Of a DNA stretch of 64,000 bases, positions 9,828 to 16,325 are shown piece by piece. The stretch's first letter is position 1, and each line of letters starts with the position of its first letter. The notes beneath the pieces were generated by a model that saw nothing but the letters and a program-made list of their open reading frames with translations, did not search any database and had not been told where the DNA came from. This DNA is from an uncultured Candidatus Marinamargulisbacteria bacterium. Its GTDB lineage: Bacteria > Margulisbacteria > Riflemargulisbacteria > GWF2-35-9 > DYQY01. The translations under genes and the position numbers were made by a program. Location: NCBI GenBank assembly GCA_964429235.1, contig CAYSAQ010000001.1:266045-330044 (forward strand), given 5' to 3'.

Positions 9828-10677
9828 TAGGTGGTGTCTCCTTAATGTTTCGATTATTTTTTATTCTTTTATATTCTTGATAAATAGTTTGTTTTATTAT
9901 TATTTCAAAATCAAATCCTTTTACATTATATGAATCAATAGCTTCTATCGTTAAATCAAAAATTTCTCCTGAACTTATAAATAAATTGCGAACAGTACGA
10001 GTCATAAAATATGATAATTCTTTATATTCATCTTTTTGAACTGCAGATATTTCTTTGTTATGCCTAGTTTCTTTTACGCTTTCATTTATTCCCAGTGCAT
10101 ATTCCTTAATAATTATAAAAGCTTGTACGAATTCCCCCCACTTAATAAATAAATTTTTTTGTTTAGAATACTTTGATTTACAATAATCATTTAATAAAAC
10201 AATATGCTCTGGCATTAGTTCTTTAATTTCTAAAATCGCTAAGCCCAAAGGTCTATCCTGGTTTATTCTTTCATCATCAACTTGTTTTAATCGATATATA
10301 ATTGATAGATTATAATATGCAATACTGTAAGCTTCTTGTAGTTTATTAAATTTCATCTTTTTCTTTTGTTGTTCCTTAAACCATGTTTCAAGAAGGAAAA
10401 CAATAAGACCTACTATTAGTCCTGTTAGTATACCTGGAGCATAATCTTTCCAGAAAGATACTTTGGAGTCAATAATAATAGGATATGCATGATTTCCTTG
10501 TTGCAATGTGATTGTTTCTTTTTTTGTATATGCAACTAGTTCATTAAGTGTTGAGGAATGAACAGTTAATGCTACGTTAACTGTAGGGTTATTTAAAGAA
10601 ACATATATTTGATTATTAATAGTGGCAATATTAGTTGTTGGCATTAGGTTGATTCCTTTAAAGGGATTAGCCCCCAT
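9814..10677 (-). CDS. hypothetical single-pass membrane protein, no recognisable family
   Basis: 287-aa ORF with one strongly hydrophobic segment, APGILTGLIVGLIVFLLETWF, near residue 80-100. An alternative ATG at 10644 shares a base with the TIR stop (TAATG). The 3' end overlaps the hsdS ATG by 14 nt. Confidence 0.6.
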   Translation of the reverse strand: MGANPFKGINLMPTTNIATINNQIYVSLNNPTVNVALTVHSSTLNELVAYTKKETITLQQGNHAYPIIIDSKVSFWKDYAPGILTGLIVGLIVFLLETWFKEQQKKKMKFNKLQEAYSIAYYNLSIIYRLKQVDDERINQDRPLGLAILEIKELMPEHIVLLNDYCKSKYSKQKNLFIKWGEFVQAFIIIKEYALGINESVKETRHNKEISAVQKDEYKELSYFMTRTVRNLFISSGEIFDLTIEAIDSYNVKGFDFEIIIKQTIYQEYKRIKNNRNIKETPPNDKT

Positions 10678-11438
10678 TGACCTCGTTGTTTTTCATGCAT
10701 TACTCCTATGAATTTAATATCAATATCTTTTTTCTTGGTTATTTCTGCTACAAAAGGGAATCCAGGAACTGTAGCAGCGCCTATAGACATTGTTTGTCCA
10801 TTAAATATTTTGCCATTGTTCAATTTTATTCCTTCATTAAAACCACCCATAAACATAACCTGACTAATACATTTAAACTTTAATTCACCTTTAGTATTAT
10901 TTACTAATAATAAATAGTTAGAAATCGGCTCCATATAATGAATCGCCTTACATTCTATAATTAATTTATTATCTAGTTTTTTCACTTCAGCTATTAAGTT
11001 ATGAAATTCAGCTGGTTGCCGATATGTGTTTTCTCCAGAAATAACATCAATAAGTTGTCTAAGAGTGACTTCTAGTCCATCTTGAAATAAATTTATCCAT
11101 AATGTCTGTAATAATACTGGTGGCATTAAGCAATCATCTAATTTTACAGGAATAAATTTAGTTTCTCCTTTTGTAGCTTTTAATATTGCATTTTGCCATT
11201 CAAGTTCAACAAGTTTACTTTGCAGACTATTTTTTGATACAAAAAATATAAAGAATTTACATTTATCAAGTCCTTCATTCATTTTATCGATGACGCCATC
11301 ACCTGGTTGAATTGACCATGAGTCATAGAAAACTTTATCTTGTCCAAACGTATCTTTTAAACGAACAGCTAATTGTTCGATAATAGGTTTATCTTTGTGG
11401 TTATGTGAAAGAAAGATCACTTCAAAAAATCCTCCCAA
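10644..11438 (-). CDS. TIR-domain protein with unassigned ~130-aa C-terminal domain
   Basis: N-terminus VIFLSHNHKDKPIIEQL...KFFIFFVSKNSLQSKLVELEWQNAI fits the bacterial TIR pattern. The ORF-track start at 11438 is TTG. A GTG at 11420, with GGGAGGA upstream, overlaps the Abi stop as GTGA. Confidence 0.75.
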   Translation of the reverse strand: MGGFFEVIFLSHNHKDKPIIEQLAVRLKDTFGQDKVFYDSWSIQPGDGVIDKMNEGLDKCKFFIFFVSKNSLQSKLVELEWQNAILKATKGETKFIPVKLDDCLMPPVLLQTLWINLFQDGLEVTLRQLIDVISGENTYRQPAEFHNLIAEVKKLDNKLIIECKAIHYMEPISNYLLLVNNTKGELKFKCISQVMFMGGFNEGIKLNNGKIFNGQTMSIGAATVPGFPFVAEITKKKDIDIKFIGVMHEKQRGQWGLIPLKEST

Positions 11439-12331
11439 TTAGTAGGGAATCCATATGCGCCCAGTTCAATGCTTGGGAATTCATTAGCCAATTCATTTAA
11501 TCTATATTTCCATTTGCTTTGTGAAGCAATTTCTTGCATAAAATAATTACAAATCATAATAATACTAAAAACTTTTTGATTTGAAACAGTAGTTGGATTA
11601 TGCCATTTTGGAAATTTGTTTTTTGCAGGAATTAAAGGCTTATAACCAAGCACCCTATTAAAAAGTATTGAATGGTGAGCACAAATGTTTCTCATCGAAT
11701 GTAATGATCTAATCCAAGATAAAAGCAATTTATCAGCTATTTTATAATGCGAAGCTATTTTTTTTATTAGCTCATCGGGCAATCCTTTAAACAAGGTATG
11801 TGTTGTTCCAAATGAAACTATTTCTATAAGTATCCATATTGGTAAGTCATTATGTTTCCGCCCATATTTATTAAAGAAATTTACAACAAAGTTTTCTTTA
11901 GATTTACTTGATTTCCCTCTTTTTCTAAATGTTTCTTTTCGAATCCCTTTGATTAGGTTCTTATACTCTTTACTTGTTAGGTTAGGAAAGTTGCTTTTCT
12001 TTAAATAGCCAAATGTTCCACATTTCTCAGCAAAAAGGTATACTACTTGTGTCCTGAAAGAAATCTCAATCCTTTCAATAGCCTCTAGTAATATAATCCT
12101 GAGTCTACGATCAAATTTGTATAAGTCCCAGATTTTTTCTAAAGTTATATCTGATAGGAAGTTTTCAGAATTTTTTTGTCTAAAAGGATAGAGATACCCA
12201 GTAAATCTATAATAATTAACTGACTGTAAAACTTTAACCAGCTTTCCCTTATCAGCTATCAATCCTCTGGAAATTAATTTATTAGCTTGATCCTCAAAAG
12301 ATATCCATTGCTTGTTATATTGCATAGACAT
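11417..12331 (-). CDS. Abi_2 / AbiD-AbiF-like abortive infection family protein
   Basis: 304 aa. N-terminal ISFEDQANKLISRGL..., SVNYYRFTGYLYPF and NICAHHSILFNR are hallmarks of Abi-like (Abi_2) proteins. The likely true start is the third codon (ATG at 12325), given the AGGGGA spacing. Confidence 0.75.
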   Translation of the reverse strand: MSMQYNKQWISFEDQANKLISRGLIADKGKLVKVLQSVNYYRFTGYLYPFRQKNSENFLSDITLEKIWDLYKFDRRLRIILLEAIERIEISFRTQVVYLFAEKCGTFGYLKKSNFPNLTSKEYKNLIKGIRKETFRKRGKSSKSKENFVVNFFNKYGRKHNDLPIWILIEIVSFGTTHTLFKGLPDELIKKIASHYKIADKLLLSWIRSLHSMRNICAHHSILFNRVLGYKPLIPAKNKFPKWHNPTTVSNQKVFSIIMICNYFMQEIASQSKWKYRLNELANEFPSIELGAYGFPTNWEDFLK

Positions 12332-12342
12332 CCCCTGAAAAT

Positions 12343-12386
12343 AAAAAAACCCGTCGAATTACGCTTACATGTAGAGGCGCGACGGG
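12343..12386 (-). terminator. Rho-independent terminator-like hairpin between hsdM and the Abi gene
   Basis: On the minus strand: CCCGUCG (12386-12380), a 23-nt loop with possible extra GCG/CGC pairing, CGACGGG (12356-12350), then UUUUUUUAUUUU. It ends about 12 nt before the Abi ORF. Confidence 0.6.
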
Positions 12387-12439
12387 TATACTATTTTCAT
12401 TATACCCATAAAATGAGTAAATTAAACATATTATTATTA

Positions 12440-12457
12440 ATATTATGATCATAATAT
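12440..12457. promoter_or_regulatory. 18-bp perfect palindrome just downstream of the hsdM stop (possible operator)
   Basis: atattatgatcataatat is its own reverse complement and is centred on GATC. It lies 3 nt from the hsdM stop codon. Confidence 0.3.
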
Positions 12458-12460
12458 AAA

Positions 12461-13960
12461 CTATCCCAATATCTCTTCTAAATGCTTCTTCATCTTTTTT
12501 TCAGCAACTACAAGCTGTTTATCAATTTCAACAAGCTCTTTTTGAACTTTTGTAATATCTATCTCTTCTTCTTCCTCAAAAGTATCCACAAAACGAGTTA
12601 TATTTAAATTATAGTCGTTTTCTTCTATTTCTTTGTAATTAACAACCCTAGCGAATTTCTCTACATCTTCTCGTTTTTCATAAGTATCAAGAATCTTCTT
12701 AATATTTTTTGGTTCAAGCTTATTCTGAGCTTTTTCTGATTTAAACTCTTTTGATGCTTCAATAAAGAATATATCTTTCTTGTTTTCATTAGCACCACCA
12801 ACTTCTCGAGACTTATCTATAATCAATATAGCAACAGGTATACCTGTAGTTTGAAAAAGACCTGCTGGCAAACCAATAACAGTATCAATAATATTTTCTT
12901 CTAAAAGCTGTTTTCTTATCTTTCCTTCTGCGCCACCTCTAAACAAAACACCATGAGGAACAATCACAACAACTTTTCCTTCTTTTGCTTTTGCTGTCTC
13001 TATCATATGACTGATAAAGGCATAATCACCTTTATCTTTTGGCGCTATGCCTCTGTGAAATCTATTATATGGATCATTTTCAGCATTTTCAGCACCCCAT
13101 TTTTTTAAACTAAATGGTGGATTTGCCACTACTAAGTCAAACTTCATTAATCTATCGTCTTCTATTAGTAATGGGTGGTTTAATGTGTCACCCCACTCTA
13201 ACCTTGCCGAATCCTTACCGTGCAGAAACATATTCATTCTTGCTAAATTATAAGTAGTTCCTATCTTTTCTTGACCATATAGTGCATAGTTATTTGAACC
13301 AACTTCATCACCTGCTAATAGTAAGAGACCACCCGACCCCATAGCTGGATCACAAATACGAGAACCCTCTTTAGGTTTTGCTAATTTTGCAACAAGTTCA
13401 GCAACTTCGTGTACTGTAAAAAACTCACCCGCCTTTTTCCCTGCATCAGCACCGAACCGCTCAATCATAAACATATATGCACGACCTATAATATCTTCTT
13501 CTGCCTCACTAAGGTCTATTTTGGCAAAATCACCAATCAAATCACGCAACATTTTATTTCTCTGAGTAGTTTTACCTAGGACTGACTCAGAATTAAAATT
13601 AACTGAATCAAACAATCCTTTTAATCGCTCATTCTTATCTTCTATCTTATGCAAAGCTTTATTAATGATTTCGCCAATATTATCGGCTGACTGTTGCCTG
13701 TATATATCATAAAAACTTGCTCCTTTTGGCAATACAAACCTAAAATTCTTTAACTTCATCGAGATTCTTTCTTCATCACTACCATATCTAGCTTCAAGCT
13801 TTTCTACTTCAACTTTATGAAGGTCACTCATGTATTTATAGAACAAAAAAGTCAACGCATAATCTTTAAAAACTCCACCATCCACAGTTCCCCTAGATGA
13901 ATTTGCAGCATCCCATAAAGTACCGTTCAATACATCTTGTGTATATTTTTTAGTATTCAT
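12461..13960 (-). CDS. hsdM: Type I restriction-modification N6-adenine DNA methyltransferase subunit M
   Basis: 499 aa with the SAM motif DPAMGSGGLLL and the catalytic motif VVANPPFS. An HsdM N-terminal domain is present. Confidence 0.93.
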   Translation of the reverse strand: MNTKKYTQDVLNGTLWDAANSSRGTVDGGVFKDYALTFLFYKYMSDLHKVEVEKLEARYGSDEERISMKLKNFRFVLPKGASFYDIYRQQSADNIGEIINKALHKIEDKNERLKGLFDSVNFNSESVLGKTTQRNKMLRDLIGDFAKIDLSEAEEDIIGRAYMFMIERFGADAGKKAGEFFTVHEVAELVAKLAKPKEGSRICDPAMGSGGLLLLAGDEVGSNNYALYGQEKIGTTYNLARMNMFLHGKDSARLEWGDTLNHPLLIEDDRLMKFDLVVANPPFSLKKWGAENAENDPYNRFHRGIAPKDKGDYAFISHMIETAKAKEGKVVVIVPHGVLFRGGAEGKIRKQLLEENIIDTVIGLPAGLFQTTGIPVAILIIDKSREVGGANENKKDIFFIEASKEFKSEKAQNKLEPKNIKKILDTYEKREDVEKFARVVNYKEIEENDYNLNITRFVDTFEEEEEIDITKVQKELVEIDKQLVVAEKKMKKHLEEILG

Positions 13961-14538
13961 TACTTAGCTCCTTTTCTAATAGTTATATCAATATATTTAT
14001 TAATAATTTGCTGTTCCGTAGCCATCTTCTTTTTAGTCAAAATAAAATAATCCTTAAAGTCATTAAACTTTTCAACAACATCATATTGCTCTTTAAGGGT
14101 AAGTGATGGAATCGTAACATTGGAAATATTAGACTTATTTATAAACGGAATAGTTGTTGTTTCTAGCAAATTCAAAATCTGTTTTTGACCGTCTTTTGAA
14201 TTAAGATATAAACTTACATACTCAGGGTCAAACTGCTGAGAACTAACTCTAATAACAAAAACACCAGAAGTGCATAAATATTGAGCTGAATCCTTATTAC
14301 AAAATATTGAAGAAGTAAATCTTCCCCTATTTGTAATTAGAACATCTTTTCTTTTTAGCATACTTTTCCCACCAGTAGATAATGAGACTTTAATCAAGCC
14401 ATTGTAATCAATACTTGTATCAGTTTTAATATCCCTAGGCTGTATTACAAATGTATTACTATCAACAGAATTCTCGAGTTTCTCCCTAAATGAATGTCCT
14501 AAAAAAATATCAGCTATATCACATAATTTATTTATCAT
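13960..14538 (-). CDS. hsdS: half-size Type I specificity subunit (single target-recognition domain)
   Basis: 192 aa with an HsdS-like start (KLCDIADIFLGHSF), one TRD and one conserved helix (IPSLTLKEQYDVVEKFNDF...). Its stop shares a base with the hsdM ATG (TAATG at 13958-13962). Confidence 0.75.
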   Translation of the reverse strand: MINKLCDIADIFLGHSFREKLENSVDSNTFVIQPRDIKTDTSIDYNGLIKVSLSTGGKSMLKRKDVLITNRGRFTSSIFCNKDSAQYLCTSGVFVIRVSSQQFDPEYVSLYLNSKDGQKQILNLLETTTIPFINKSNISNVTIPSLTLKEQYDVVEKFNDFKDYFILTKKKMATEQQIINKYIDITIRKGAK

Positions 14539-14544
14539 GGCTAA

Positions 14545-14572
14545 ATTATAACAGAACAGTAGATAGTGTCAA
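14545..14572 (-). promoter_or_regulatory. Consensus sigma-70-type promoter for the half-hsdS/hsdM unit, predicted leaderless
   Basis: Minus strand reads TTGACA (14572-14567), a 16-nt spacer, TATAAT (14550-14545), then ttagcc and the ATG at 14538. There is no Shine-Dalgarno sequence. Confidence 0.55.
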
Positions 14573-14594
14573 GTACAGTATTGAGATACTGTAC
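14573..14594. promoter_or_regulatory. Perfect 9-bp inverted repeat abutting the -35 box (candidate operator)
   Basis: gtacagtat-tgag-atactgtac lies directly upstream of the TTGACA element in the minus sense. Confidence 0.35.
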
Positions 14595-15021
14595 CAAGTT
14601 ATGGTAGCGGTAACAGAAATTAATAATATGCATGAGAAAATTAACCATCAATCTAATAATCTATTACTATAACTTATATCATACGCTAAACCCCTTATAA
14701 AATGTAGGATTACTGCCCTATATTAAAATATTAGGATTGATTTTTTACTTTTGCATTCTAAATACGTCTTCCCAATTGTTTAGCCGAATTAGAAAGAATA
14801 AATTAACATCTATGCGGGCACTCTCCGCTACGCCTCAGGCGTACGAGAAAAGCCATTGCCCTATGATTTTCCAAGCATGATTTAATTGTAGTCTTTCTTT
14901 AAGGGAGTTTTGGGAAGACTAGGCGGGATTGTTAAGGGCGGCTATAAGCCCTTAATTCATTTATTGGCAAGACTTATCATCCATGAGAAAATTATTCCAT
15001 CTTTTTCAGAGGAGTACATTA

Positions 15022-16269
15022 ATGGTAACAATCAGAGCTTTCAAAGGAATCAGACCAAAAAAAGGATTAGAAGAGAAAATAGCTTCTAGACCATATGACG
15101 TACTCAACTCAGAAGAAGCTCGTGAAGAGGCCAAAGGCAACGTAATGTCCCTATACCATATTATTAAACCAGAAATAGATTTCTCAGCAGATACAGATGC
15201 GCACTCACAGGAAGTATATGATAGTGCAGTTGCTAGTTTTACAAAATTCAAAGAAAACAACTGGTTAATCCAAGATGAAGCTCCTTCCCTATATATATAT
15301 GCTCAAACAATGGATGGAAGAACCCAATATGGACTTGCCGCTTGTGCGAGTGTAGATGATTACTTAAACGATAAAATCAAAAAGCATGAGCTTACTAGAA
15401 AAGACAAAGAAGAAGATAGAATGCTTCATGTACGAATCAATAATGCAAATATTGAACCAGTGTTCTTCTCATACAGATCTAACAATAGAATAAATGAAAT
15501 TATCAGTAATGTTACAGACAATTCAGAAGCAATCTATAACTTCACTTCAGAAGACAATATCGGACATTCTTTTTGGATAATTAACAGTAATGACACAATT
15601 ACTGAAATTACTAATATTTTTCAAAATATTGATTCTACTTATGTTGCTGATGGACATCACAGAAGTGCTGCAGCTGCATTAGTTGGTAAAGAAAAAAGAG
15701 AGAAATACCCAAACTACTCTGGAGATGAAGAATTCAACTATTTTCTAGCAGTTCATTTTCCTGACAACCAATTAAAGATATTTGACTATAACAGAGTAAT
15801 TAAAGATTTAAACGGTCTTACAACCGAACAATTTTTAGAGAAACTCTCTGAGAACTTCAACATAGAAAAAATGGGGACTAATCAATACAGACCGGGAAAC
15901 ATACATATTATGGGACTCTACATTGAGAGCAATTGGTATAAATTGGAGTTCAAAGATGGGACGTATGATGATGCAGATCCAATCAAAGCACTAGATGTTA
16001 CTACTCTTACAAAATATGTACTTGAACCAATCATAAACATCACAGACCTGAGAACAAGCAAAAGGATTGATTTTATTGGAGGCATAAGAGGTTTAGAAGA
16101 ATTAGAAAAGCGTGTAGATTCCGGTGAAATGGTAGCTGCCTTCGCAATGTACCCAGTATCAATGGACCAACTAATCAATATAGCTGATAGTGGAAATATA
16201 ATGCCACCAAAAACAACTTGGTTTGAACCTAAGTTGCGAAGTGGCTTGATTATACATAGCTTAGACTAG
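15022..16269 (+). CDS. DUF1015 family protein
   Basis: MVTIRAFKGIRP start preceded by AGGAG, plus the YVADGHHRSAAA motif. The ORF track extends to 14983, but the ATG at 15022 has the RBS. Confidence 0.8.
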   Translation: MVTIRAFKGIRPKKGLEEKIASRPYDVLNSEEAREEAKGNVMSLYHIIKPEIDFSADTDAHSQEVYDSAVASFTKFKENNWLIQDEAPSLYIYAQTMDGRTQYGLAACASVDDYLNDKIKKHELTRKDKEEDRMLHVRINNANIEPVFFSYRSNNRINEIISNVTDNSEAIYNFTSEDNIGHSFWIINSNDTITEITNIFQNIDSTYVADGHHRSAAAALVGKEKREKYPNYSGDEEFNYFLAVHFPDNQLKIFDYNRVIKDLNGLTTEQFLEKLSENFNIEKMGTNQYRPGNIHIMGLYIESNWYKLEFKDGTYDDADPIKALDVTTLTKYVLEPIINITDLRTSKRIDFIGGIRGLEELEKRVDSGEMVAAFAMYPVSMDQLINIADSGNIMPPKTTWFEPKLRSGLIIHSLD

Positions 16270-16325
16270 CTACAACTGCCTGCTAGGGACTTTAAGCTTT
16301 GAGCATTTAGACGTACAATACCTAT

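Noticed and set aside
14812-14880. 23-codon ORF (MRALSATPQAYEKSHCPMIFQA) inside the GC-rich intergenic region.
   Set aside because: It has no RBS and sits within predicted helices. It is too short to evaluate and is better treated as part of the candidate RNA element.
14766-14955. Known riboswitch or leader upstream of DUF1015-mgtE or of the hsd unit (M-box, T-box, glycine, fluoride, ykkC, ZTP).
   Set aside because: The conserved core sequences of these classes, as I remember them, are not present. A promoter-like TTGGCA-17-GAAAAT also lies downstream of the element, which argues against it being the DUF1015 leader. A covariance-model scan is needed.
1818-15021. Idea that the R-M island inserted into a glyQ-glyS operon.
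   Set aside because: No glyQ or glyQ fragment lies on the far side of the island, where the next gene is a plus-strand DUF1015 gene. I also saw no direct repeats at the two boundaries. The absence of an adjacent glyQ stands, but the insertion story is unsupported.
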